From IMG/VR virus record IMGVR_UViG_3300043411_001904: a DNA stretch of 64,000 nt, one strand, 5' to 3'. The DNA comes from an uncultured virus (IMG/VR IMGVR_UViG_3300043411_001904) (lineage: Duplodnaviria; Heunggongvirae; Uroviricota; Caudoviricetes). Shown here in pieces: positions 55,444 through 64,000 of this stretch. The translations under genes were made by a program, and so were the position numbers. The notes beneath the pieces were generated by a model, which saw only the letters and a list, made by a program, of their open reading frames with translations, was not told where the DNA came from and did no database searches. The number at the start of each line of letters is the position of its first letter. The first letter of the stretch is position 1.

Positions 55444-56601
55444 TTATATTGTTATTTCTAATCCAATTATGACACCATCCAAATAATTTTTTGCTATATC
55501 CGAGAAGTCAAATGTCACAGAATAAGTACCGACAGTAGTTATTGATGTAATTTCACTTTGAGTGCTAGTAATAATTATATTAGATGAGGTCATACTAATT
55601 ATACCATCCCTATTATCAACAATACTATCTACCAACAGATAAATAATATCTGATTTTGATATTGCGCTTGGTGTGCCACCATATGTTGAAAGGGAAATAG
55701 AGGTAGAGAATGTATATCCAAAGCTATAAGTCCCACCAACATATGCTGGAACAGACGAAGTAATTGATGATGATATAGTTGCTCCCGAAACATTATCACC
55801 AACATATGTGTAAAAATACAAAGTGGGATCTTCTGTATCCAACAATGGATCTATATCAGAAATATCAACTGAAGGGTTCGAAAGAATATAGCTTATTATA
55901 GAATTAGCTTGGTTAGCATCATTTTCAGTCAAAAAGACAAGCAAAATTGATCCCAAAGTATCATCATCAATAGTAATTATACTTCCAGAAATAGATATTG
56001 AATTTATACTAGATAGATTAAGATAAACAAGTGGGTCACCATTAATATCATTAATGACAATAGATTCACCAACAACATATGTTTGGATATCTGTATAGGA
56101 CAGGCCAGTGAATGATGTACCAGATTGATTGACGGTATCATTAAAATATGAATACTCATCATCAATGACAGCTATCATTAAATCTAACACAACCGGATAC
56201 TTTGTACTTGGATTTGTTAAATACAATTGCTTAATACGACTATCCGGACTCCCTGTGAGAACCATCATCTCAGCCATCGGGTACACCTTAGAAAAGTCAT
56301 CATAATAATTCCAAAGTATATAATTATCTTCTTTATGAACAGATTTAACATTATATGTGGCCTTCATGGCCAAAAATGTAGCATTGTCACCAAGTCCTAA
56401 ATGATTGAGAAGATAATTAACTTGCCCCTCCTTCAAAATAACCCTACTCTTAATTATTTGCTTATATGATATTCGAACATCACCCATCAAAAGCCTCTCC
56501 ATCGTAATAGATCCCTGAATAGCAACAAAATCACTATTATTAATCTTAATATATTGACTACTTCCAAATGCTGATTCTGATCCAGGACAACCTACGCACA
56601 T
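55444..56601 (-). CDS. hypothetical structural protein
   Basis: Ser/Thr/Ile-rich; TATATA upstream. Confidence 0.6.
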   Translation of the reverse strand: MCVGCPGSESAFGSSQYIKINNSDFVAIQGSITMERLLMGDVRISYKQIIKSRVILKEGQVNYLLNHLGLGDNATFLAMKATYNVKSVHKEDNYILWNYYDDFSKVYPMAEMMVLTGSPDSRIKQLYLTNPSTKYPVVLDLMIAVIDDEYSYFNDTVNQSGTSFTGLSYTDIQTYVVGESIVINDINGDPLVYLNLSSINSISISGSIITIDDDTLGSILLVFLTENDANQANSIISYILSNPSVDISDIDPLLDTEDPTLYFYTYVGDNVSGATISSSITSSVPAYVGGTYSFGYTFSTSISLSTYGGTPSAISKSDIIYLLVDSIVDNRDGIISMTSSNIIITSTQSEITSITTVGTYSVTFDFSDIAKNYLDGVIIGLEITI

Positions 56602-56680
56602 ATTTAAGTTTATTTTACAGTATATATAAAAATCAATAGGAAGAAAATTGAAAATATATATATCCTAAACTAAAATCTTA

Positions 56681-57442
56681 ATGAATAGAAAAAGAAGAAA
56701 TAGCAAATTTAATCAAGAAATCGAAGATTTTGAAGAAATAGTAAGAGAGAAGAAAATTAACTTAGGATATAAAGTAAATTTAAAATTTAAAAACAAGAAA
56801 CAAAAAGAATACTACACTGGGATAAAAAGCAATAGAATCTTCTTTACTAGAGGAGCGGCAGGTACTGGAAAAACACTAATCGCACTGTTAGCTGCCCTAG
56901 AAATGTTAAAAGAAGGAACAGTCAAAAAGATATTAATCACTAAACCAATTGTTGAGTCATCAACAAGTATGGGATTTCTACCAGGAGATATGACAACAAA
57001 AATATCACAATACATGGTTTCATTTTATTCCAATATCGAAAAAATCATAGGAAAGGAATGGACAAATACAATTAAACAAGAGGGATCAGTTGTCGAAGTC
57101 CCATTAAACTTTATGAGAGGAAACACATTCGGTGGTGTTAATCTAGATGGAACACCATCAGGTTACTTCATCATAGCCGATGAAATGCAAAATGCAACAG
57201 TTAGAGAAATGAAACTACTTGTAAGTCGATTGGGTGAAAAATCAACAATGGTAATAATGGGAGACACTGATCAAGTTGATTTAAGATTAAGAAGAGGAGA
57301 AAAGAACGGACTAGATGATGCTGTTGATCGTCTAAGTGGGATAAACGGCGTCGGATCAATACAATTTTCTGAAGAAGATATAGTTAGAGATCCATTTTTG
57401 ATCGAAATTATGAAGAGATATAAAAGTGATATCCCTAAATAG
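56681..57442 (+). CDS. phoH: PhoH-family ATPase
   Basis: GAAGTGKT, GFLPGD, FMRG, DEMQN, SRLG, GDTDQVD, DIVR. Confidence 0.95.
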   Translation: MNRKRRNSKFNQEIEDFEEIVREKKINLGYKVNLKFKNKKQKEYYTGIKSNRIFFTRGAAGTGKTLIALLAALEMLKEGTVKKILITKPIVESSTSMGFLPGDMTTKISQYMVSFYSNIEKIIGKEWTNTIKQEGSVVEVPLNFMRGNTFGGVNLDGTPSGYFIIADEMQNATVREMKLLVSRLGEKSTMVIMGDTDQVDLRLRRGEKNGLDDAVDRLSGINGVGSIQFSEEDIVRDPFLIEIMKRYKSDIPK

Positions 57443-57459
57443 GATATATACGTAAATAC

Positions 57460-57684
57460 TTGATGGTGGTGAAAGAAAAAGATGAGCTAATTTATGATTT
57501 AATATTTTCAACCCAATCTGAATATGTAATAGATATTGGTGAGTATATAACTGATATCTATAAATTTGAAGAATTCGTAGATGATATCAAAACCATTTTA
57601 AAAAGGTCCAAGGTCTCAATAATAAAACACTCAGTTGATGTAGATAGTAGAACGGTCATATGGAAGCTAAAAATTAAAAAGTGA
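57460..57684 (+). CDS. hypothetical protein
   Basis: 74-aa ORF. Confidence 0.5.
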   Translation: MMVVKEKDELIYDLIFSTQSEYVIDIGEYITDIYKFEEFVDDIKTILKRSKVSIIKHSVDVDSRTVIWKLKIKK

Positions 57685-57951
57685 ATCTATCCTAATATTT
57701 CTATAAGCCGATTTTGGTAACACATACATCTTATTTATCTTCATAATAAAAGTAGAAGAACTAAGACTATTATATTTTGGATCATCAGTTAAAGTAATAA
57801 AATCGTTATCAACATCAATTATAAAATAATCAACACCAAAATCAAGCCATTTCGGATATCCATTTGTTTTTCTATAATTGAGAACAATAGTATCTCCAAT
57901 GTGATAATCAATCTTTTTTAATATGTCCCATAATTTAGAATTACTTGCCAT
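57667..57951 (-). CDS. hypothetical protein with C-terminal RxxRI motif
   Basis: YRNIRIDSLF; start at MASNSK. Confidence 0.55.
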   Translation of the reverse strand: MASNSKLWDILKKIDYHIGDTIVLNYRKTNGYPKWLDFGVDYFIIDVDNDFITLTDDPKYNSLSSSTFIMKINKMYVLPKSAYRNIRIDSLFNF

Positions 57952-57967
57952 ATTTAATATATAAGAC

Positions 57968-58411
57968 ATGATTAAGAAGTTTTTTGAACACGTCAATTCA
58001 CATATGCTAGATGAATTACGAGAATGCTTTTCAGATTTAGCTGATGACGGATTCGAAATATTTGACTGGGAGTTCATACACCCCCTATCAGATCTATCAA
58101 AGATAAAAATCACCAATGATGATATAAGAATTCGTTTAGAAATACCAATAAAAAAAGCATCAAATTATGATTCAACGCCACCAGAAGATGTCATGAAAAT
58201 ATTGATAAAAAACAATTATACAATACTAGGATATTTGATGTGTGATAACTATATAGGTGATATCCAATATGAAAGATTCCACAATATGGAATCATTAAAT
58301 AGAATATACCAACTACTCGACCTAAAACTCACATATATAAGCCGGAGGCAATTATTTAACTACGAAACAAATTGGTCATATCAAATAGATATGATTTTTA
58401 GAAAATTTTGA
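57968..58411 (+). CDS. hypothetical late protein (MIKKFFE tag)
   Basis: TAATATATA upstream. Confidence 0.65.
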   Translation: MIKKFFEHVNSHMLDELRECFSDLADDGFEIFDWEFIHPLSDLSKIKITNDDIRIRLEIPIKKASNYDSTPPEDVMKILIKNNYTILGYLMCDNYIGDIQYERFHNMESLNRIYQLLDLKLTYISRRQLFNYETNWSYQIDMIFRKF

Positions 58412-58434
58412 TTTTTAAATTTAATAGATAGAAT

Positions 58435-58785
58435 ATGGACCCGAAGAGACCAGAAATAGACTATTTCTATGAGCTTATAATGACATTCTCGAACAAAAAA
58501 TCACTCTTCTCTTCCAAAAAGATTGAAAGATTTATAGTATTTTGGGTATTCCTTATAATGACTATTACTTATATGACCATAAATATGAGAACTCTCGAAG
58601 CTTGGGACTTTGTTGAAATATCCGCTCTCTGGTTGGTTTATGGTGGATATAACTCCCTAATGTCTCTAAGAGACAAAAAAATAGACAAGGAATTTCCAGG
58701 AATAGAAATAGATCAACCCGAAGCAACATCAGGAGAAGAGGAAGAAGGTGATATAAATCCACCCTCTCGTAAAGGAAGAAGATAA
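58435..58785 (+). CDS. small two-TM membrane protein (holin-like)
   Basis: FSSKKIER followed by two TM segments; charged tail. Confidence 0.5.
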   Translation: MDPKRPEIDYFYELIMTFSNKKSLFSSKKIERFIVFWVFLIMTITYMTINMRTLEAWDFVEISALWLVYGGYNSLMSLRDKKIDKEFPGIEIDQPEATSGEEEEGDINPPSRKGRR

Positions 58786-59118
58786 CTAACTATTCAACAA
58801 ATAGTTCAAACTCCTTTCTCTAATATCAGACTGAAAAAAAGTTAAAACTATTTCTCGAACTCTATCATAGTTAATCTCATCTACAAAAACTTCCGTTAGT
58901 AGTGGGTCACTTTCGTCAATTTTAATTTTTTCTATCAAAAACACAGATGTTTTTTTTATTATAGCAGTTGATCTTGGAATAAAACCAATACCTATGTCAT
59001 CATAAAAAGAAGTTGATAGAGATACAGCTATATCATTCCTAACCATCCTGAACGACCTACCACCAACTTTACCATCAAATCCCAACTTCACTAGAATATC
59101 ATGTATGTCTTGTCTCAT
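58786..59118 (-). CDS. hypothetical protein
   Basis: IRERSLNYLL end. Confidence 0.55.
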   Translation of the reverse strand: MRQDIHDILVKLGFDGKVGGRSFRMVRNDIAVSLSTSFYDDIGIGFIPRSTAIIKKTSVFLIEKIKIDESDPLLTEVFVDEINYDRVREIVLTFFQSDIRERSLNYLLNS

Positions 59119-59864
59119 CTTACAATTTTAAGAGCAACCTTCTCCACAAAATTCTTCATATCTACCGTATCAATAGTACTAACACTATCTTTCATACTAT
59201 GACAGTTATAAAGTATCGAAAAATCCAAATTTTTTCCCCTATATACAACAGAGCTCTTTTTATTAGTCTCGGGAAGTGGATTTATAACAACTGAATCTAT
59301 ACCATTTCTTCGAAAAATATCAGCATCATTAAATGGTGTGTTAACAACAGGTGGATTAAAAATAGAAATAATTCTATCTGATAGAGGACCATCATAATCA
59401 CCTATAAAGAAATTATCACCTCCCTTTCCTGTAAGTTCAAAATTCAATATGGATTCAATACTGCCGTACTCTCCTGAATTTATTTTTTCCGATGCTCTCT
59501 GAGAACCAACACCCATCATAGGTGGCTCCTCCCCATCTAAAATAATTACAGGAGTACTTGGAGATAGTAACTTTAAAGCAATCGCATTTATAACTGAAGC
59601 TGAATTATCATTGGCATTATCAGACCTAATATTGACTACATCATGATGAGCGGTTACACCAATTTTTCCACTTCCCAACATAACAATATTATAAAAATTG
59701 TTATCTTGAAATCTCTTATTTTGAAATTCATCTATCTCATATTTTATTCCTAAAGAAGATATCAAATTAACTAAAAATTCAACTCTAGGAGGCATGGAGA
59801 GTCCATTTCTATGGGCACCTCCCTCATTTTTAACTCTACAAAAATCATAAATTTTATTATACAT
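59115..59864 (-). CDS. M28-family metallopeptidase
   Basis: AHHD, ANDNSAS, DGEE, NFE, H..D. Confidence 0.85.
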   Translation of the reverse strand: MYNKIYDFCRVKNEGGAHRNGLSMPPRVEFLVNLISSLGIKYEIDEFQNKRFQDNNFYNIVMLGSGKIGVTAHHDVVNIRSDNANDNSASVINAIALKLLSPSTPVIILDGEEPPMMGVGSQRASEKINSGEYGSIESILNFELTGKGGDNFFIGDYDGPLSDRIISIFNPPVVNTPFNDADIFRRNGIDSVVINPLPETNKKSSVVYRGKNLDFSILYNCHSMKDSVSTIDTVDMKNFVEKVALKIVR

Positions 59865-59875
59865 AAACTTATATA

Positions 59876-60154
59876 TTATTCTGTTACTAGATAATAATAC
59901 TCTTGTCCAGTTAAAGTATTTTTTTGAACAAAAACATCTCCTATTTTATATACACCGTCCTTTAGGAGTGTGATAGAAACTTTAGGAAGAAAAACTTTAT
60001 TGTCCTCTTTGAGATAAGGGTGGGATTTTGAATCAGCCCAAATTGATTGAGCTTTGTTCATAAAATCAAATTCAACATCGTTTGGTGTAACTTGATCAAA
60101 CTCTTTACCAAGTCTATCAGCAAGATCAGAAATGTATTCTTTATATTTACCCAT
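59876..60154 (-). CDS. hypothetical protein
   Basis: coupled ORF. Confidence 0.55.
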   Translation of the reverse strand: MGKYKEYISDLADRLGKEFDQVTPNDVEFDFMNKAQSIWADSKSHPYLKEDNKVFLPKVSITLLKDGVYKIGDVFVQKNTLTGQEYYYLVTE

Positions 60155-60516
60155 TAAATAATATTTTGAATTGTTTTAGATAAAAATTGATTAAGATCCG
60201 AATCACCGACTTCTTCACCATCAACACAAATTCGACTAACAATGATTTTATCTTCCGAAATATCCACATATGTCATGGGTGGATTGTGATAATCTCCCTT
60301 TTCTTCCGTTACATCACCACGAACATAAACATCAAACTCAACATCAAATTCAAAGTCTTCTGATTTTAAGGTAACAAAACAATCTCTAGAAAAAGACTCA
60401 TGTCCATCACTATAATATGATTCAGCAATCATACTCTCCCACTGTGAGGACGGAACATAGTCCCCATCTAAAATATGGAATTTTTGGTTTCTTAGATGTT
60501 CAATTTTCATACTCAA
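60154..60516 (-). CDS. hypothetical protein
   Basis: GDYHNPP motif; coupled ORF. Confidence 0.55.
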   Translation of the reverse strand: MSMKIEHLRNQKFHILDGDYVPSSQWESMIAESYYSDGHESFSRDCFVTLKSEDFEFDVEFDVYVRGDVTEEKGDYHNPPMTYVDISEDKIIVSRICVDGEEVGDSDLNQFLSKTIQNII

Positions 60517-60528
60517 ATATATTAAATA

Positions 60529-60825
60529 TTACTTTATAAACAAAAAGTAAATTCCGTAGACAAGAAAAAAACCAAAAGAAACAACAAATGACCACCTACC
60601 AATCTTATTCAACCTGTAGAGAATTTCTGAATTATCACATACACGGTCATATGATTGGTTAGTCAATAGACCGTAAACAAAAGTCAATAAAACAACCAAC
60701 AGTGAGGCGACAGCTACAGCTACCGATGCGGTAAATATAATTGTAGCAAGGCTAAAAATCAACAAAAGAATCCCAACAATCAAAAAAACAATAAAAGTGA
60801 GTCCAATGTTTAAATATCTTTTCAT
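60529..60825 (-). CDS. membrane protein
   Basis: very hydrophobic; TATATTTG promoter upstream. Confidence 0.6.
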   Translation of the reverse strand: MKRYLNIGLTFIVFLIVGILLLIFSLATIIFTASVAVAVASLLVVLLTFVYGLLTNQSYDRVCDNSEILYRLNKIGRWSFVVSFGFFLVYGIYFLFIK

Positions 60826-60912
60826 TTTTGTGGTCTTTAGACTACAAATATACGAATAATTGGTGAAATTCCTATATAAATCTTTTAATATATAGACTAA
60901 AATAAGTATATA

Positions 60913-61263
60913 ATGTTAGTTCAAAATTTGGATATTTCACAAAAAGAATTACTAACCGAAGAAATAAAATCATCATTTCCTCTAATAATTTGGAATAAGA
61001 TTTCTAAAGTTAAACCACTTCTAAAGCCATACAGAACTATCTTACTCACTCTAACAATGCTAGGCTTTATAAACTATCTATTTTTTCTAAAATATCCTGT
61101 ATTTATATGGATAAATCTCATTGCTTGGATACCTGGTGTTGTTTTTGCATTTTTTGCAGCCCCATTCCACATAATGACTGGGAAAGTTCTAAGAAAGCTA
61201 TCTAAGAAATATAATGTTAATTTAATATCTCTTCAAGAGTACGCTCATAATACTCTTAACTAA
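60913..61263 (+). CDS. membrane protein
   Basis: two TM segments; TAATATATA upstream. Confidence 0.55.
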   Translation: MLVQNLDISQKELLTEEIKSSFPLIIWNKISKVKPLLKPYRTILLTLTMLGFINYLFFLKYPVFIWINLIAWIPGVVFAFFAAPFHIMTGKVLRKLSKKYNVNLISLQEYAHNTLN

Positions 61264-61750
61264 GAGAATAGACTTTATCAAATCCTTCTTCATATGATAT
61301 AGTTTGGTATGATGATATCATATTTTTGATAACATGGGATGGGATAGTTTTATTCTCTTCTCCTGATCTTTTATCGTTTCGCCTTTGGTACTCACCATCA
61401 CTAAGTATGGGAAAGATAATAGCTATTTTTCGATGATTTTTAAAGTAAGATAGATTTTGAATCCTTCTCTTTCGAGTCATATGTGTCATATCAACTATAG
61501 CATTTTTTGAAGAAGATCCAACCTCAACCAATTTTTTGGTCAAAACTCTATCAACTTCCTTCTGATTAACTGACTTAAAAGCCGAATTATAATCGTCTTC
61601 CCCATGAATATCAACAACAATTTGATCCCGAGATATTAATTCATATTCCGAGGGTGAAAAGTTCTTATTGATCCAAGATGTTTTTCCACTTAAAGGGGGT
61701 CCAATCATTATTAACACCCAAGGCTCCTTTGATTTAATTTCTTTTACCAT
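61256..61750 (-). CDS. P-loop kinase (polynucleotide kinase-like)
   Basis: IGPPLSGKT, ISRD, IVDMTH..RR, EGFD. Confidence 0.85.
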   Translation of the reverse strand: MVKEIKSKEPWVLIMIGPPLSGKTSWINKNFSPSEYELISRDQIVVDIHGEDDYNSAFKSVNQKEVDRVLTKKLVEVGSSSKNAIVDMTHMTRKRRIQNLSYFKNHRKIAIIFPILSDGEYQRRNDKRSGEENKTIPSHVIKNMISSYQTISYEEGFDKVYSLS

Positions 61751-61754
61751 ACTA

Positions 61755-62060
61755 TTATATATTATTTGACTTTAACTTTGTCTTATAATGCCTTCCATTA
61801 GATTCTCTATAAAAATATAGTTTTTTATCTTTAACCTTACTATAAATTGACATTAGATGATTTCCTTTTAGACTACCCCAAGTAACAGGTATTATTTCAT
61901 CTTCACAATAAATTAGACCCTTACCAATTCTATCAATCTTGGATTTTCCATATTCAATCGTTTCATTGAAATAAAAAAATCCCTTGTGATCGAAATGATT
62001 TGACACATTCAACCACATTCTAATAATTTTAGAAACTAAATAATGTGAAATTGTACTCAT
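61755..62060 (-). CDS. hypothetical protein
   Basis: 101-aa ORF. Confidence 0.55.
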   Translation of the reverse strand: MSTISHYLVSKIIRMWLNVSNHFDHKGFFYFNETIEYGKSKIDRIGKGLIYCEDEIIPVTWGSLKGNHLMSIYSKVKDKKLYFYRESNGRHYKTKLKSNNI

Positions 62061-62073
62061 TCTATTTTATTAA

Positions 62074-62318
62074 ATAACTCAAAGTGACCTTAGCCTCGAT
62101 TCTGTTTTATGAATACATTTATCTCATCTTTCGATGGTTAGATTTCTCTAACTGCCTCTACCCAACCTCACAGGGAAACCGACACCCTCAGTTTGTTCGA
62201 GTTGCCACTTCCTTAGTAATATCGACTGTTTAGGTCTCCTAAGTTAGGTTTAGTGGTCAAGAGCTTCCTCTAATTGAATTAAAATTCAATCAGCGTATTC
62301 TTATCCTTTTCAAGTTAT
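62074..62318 (-). ncRNA. rnpB: minimal RNase P RNA (about 245 nt)
   Basis: P1 ATAACTTGAA/TTTGAGTTAT; GAGGAAGCTCTTGA pairs with ACAGAATCGAGGCT (P4 with bulged U); AGATAAATG; P2 GAATAC/GTATTC. Confidence 0.85.
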
Positions 62319-62356
62319 AATCATATTTAATGGATTTGAGCACTAATATATAAAAT

Positions 62357-62899
62357 ATGTTCATTTTAACCAAAAAAAGCTTAGAAGATTATTTACTGAA
62401 ATTTAAAATCCCAATAAGTGAATGGGGAAGTGGAAGCTCCAAAACAATAAACCATCTTCTAAAAGAAATAATAAGAGGAGAGACTAAGCTAATAGAAGAA
62501 AATAATGATTTAATTAGAGAAGTAAGTGCTCTATCTATAATAGTAACATATAAAAATTTAATACTAAAAGAAGATTATCAAGAGTTTAATGATGGTCGAG
62601 TACGAAGAAGAAAAATGGAAGCCTCTGTGGCTGAGAAAATGGACAAGAATGACAAAAATATAATTGAAAGTGTCAAAAGAGGAATCAAAGAAGAGCTAGA
62701 TATTCATATTGACAGTGGCCAAATTTCTCAATTGGATGTTATATCTACCAACAGAGAATCAATGAGTTATCCAGGAATAATGTCAAAAATAACTCTTCAC
62801 AAATTCCACATTGAATTAGATGAAAACCAATTCAATCCAGATGGATATGTAGAAGTACAAGAAGATAAAAAAACTGTCTTTAAATGGATAAGAAAATAA
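62357..62899 (+). CDS. NUDIX-like hydrolase
   Basis: AEK..ESVKRGIKEELDI..SYPG. Confidence 0.65.
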   Translation: MFILTKKSLEDYLLKFKIPISEWGSGSSKTINHLLKEIIRGETKLIEENNDLIREVSALSIIVTYKNLILKEDYQEFNDGRVRRRKMEASVAEKMDKNDKNIIESVKRGIKEELDIHIDSGQISQLDVISTNRESMSYPGIMSKITLHKFHIELDENQFNPDGYVEVQEDKKTVFKWIRK

Positions 62900-63624
62900 T
62901 TTTACTACTAATTATAATTCTGATCTTGTCGTGTAATATTCTTCGACCAAAAAAATCCGCTCGTACTGCCCAATCAAAAGAATTATCCAATGAATCAATA
63001 TATGATTCCACATATATTGAAGAATTAGATTCATATGTTGGTATCGGCTCTGGGTCAATAGTTGGATCATCTAGAACAATTGAATCCACAACATCTGAAA
63101 ATACACAAAATGAAAGTGTTCAAACAACTGAAGTAAAAAAAGAATTCGGACAAATAGTTTACAAAATACCCGATACAATGATAGTGTTAAAAAGCTATGA
63201 GATAGTCATAAGAATATCTAAGGGACAAAAGGTAAATATTGAAGAAAATCTAAACGGTAGAATAACCAAAAAGGAAATAAGAGTAGAATCTCGAATGGAG
63301 GTAAAGTTAAAAGATCCTGAAAGTAAATTTGAAATATCTGAAATAAACAAAGAAAGGCAATTAATTGAAGAAGATGAATTTACTGAATGGAGATTTGTAG
63401 TTATTCCTAAAAAAACAGGAAAATGTAAATTAAATCTAGTTGTGTCAATAATAATTGGTGAGGATACTAAAGAAATTGTATATGAAGACATAATTACGGT
63501 CAGATCCAATCCAACAGTGCAAGTAAAATCATGGTGGGAAGAAAATTGGAAATTAATGCTAGAACTAATACTTATACCACTATTTATATGGGGATACAAC
63601 AAATGGAAAAATAGAAAAAAATGA
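62884..63624 (+). CDS. putative lipoprotein
   Basis: MDKKIILLLIIILILSC lipobox; C-terminal TM segment. Confidence 0.7.
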   Translation: MDKKIILLLIIILILSCNILRPKKSARTAQSKELSNESIYDSTYIEELDSYVGIGSGSIVGSSRTIESTTSENTQNESVQTTEVKKEFGQIVYKIPDTMIVLKSYEIVIRISKGQKVNIEENLNGRITKKEIRVESRMEVKLKDPESKFEISEINKERQLIEEDEFTEWRFVVIPKKTGKCKLNLVVSIIIGEDTKEIVYEDIITVRSNPTVQVKSWWEENWKLMLELILIPLFIWGYNKWKNRKK

Positions 63625-64000
63625 AACACATAAAAAAATTCAATGAGAATATTGGGTCAGATAATACTGATAAAAATGACATCATAAGGATGATCAAAAA
63701 TGAGGATGATTTATATGAAGGTGATTTAAAAGCATATTTCAACTTAATAATGAAATCACCTAATGCATATGCTCCTTATCACAATGTTAGGCATATGCTT
63801 CATGTATTTTGGGAATCCTACGATGGAGCAATCTACATGAAACTAAATAAAAGAGAGATGAGAAATCTATTAATATCAGCTCTTTTCCATGATTACAACC
63901 ACATGGGAGTAAAGGGTGATGATTCTATAAACATAGAAAGAGCTTTTGAGGCACTAGATCAACATCTTCTCGAAGAAGATAGACCATACATCGATATAAT
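63621..64000 (+). CDS. HD-domain phosphohydrolase with MKHIKKFNE tag (partial, runs off window)
   Basis: read by hand: PYHNVRH..ALFHDYNH. Confidence 0.75.
   Translation, partial: MKHIKKFNENIGSDNTDKNDIIRMIKNEDDLYEGDLKAYFNLIMKSPNAYAPYHNVRHMLHVFWESYDGAIYMKLNKREMRNLLISALFHDYNHMGVKGDDSINIERAFEALDQHLLEEDRPYIDI

Noticed and set aside
1..64000. Alternative genetic code (TAG or TGA recoding)
   Set aside because: Recognisable genes are full length in the standard code, and TAA, TAG and TGA all end well-packed genes

Overview
AT-rich segment of a jumbo/huge T4-like phage genome read in the standard genetic code. The host is probably Bacteroidota, judged from TAnnTTTG promoters and the absence of obvious Shine-Dalgarno motifs. 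The main signal is a minus-strand translation-rescue region (21035 down to 6648). It starts with a 30-aa leader peptide plus terminator/antiterminator; 19 of the leader's first 20 codons are read by tRNAs of the downstream array. About 25 tRNA and tRNA-like genes follow, interleaved with homing endonucleases. The region ends in AsnRS, MetRS and ArgRS genes whose proteins contain no Asn, no Met and no Arg respectively, even at normally conserved motif positions. A separate GluRS-like gene is Glu-depleted. Also present: two large ornate ncRNAs (GOLLD-like and ROOL-like) flanking tRNA-scaffolded chimeric RNAs; a minimal RNase P RNA; a radical SAM enzyme with repeated Cys-terminated candidate precursor peptides; a NadR-PnuC-TonB receptor module; Hsp20, lysozyme, PhoH and collagen-like fibres. 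Two recurrent peptide tags occur on many unrelated ORFs: N-terminal MKxIKKFNE on late genes and C-terminal RDxKIxxI on small accessory genes. Family names were assigned by eye from motifs, with no database searches.
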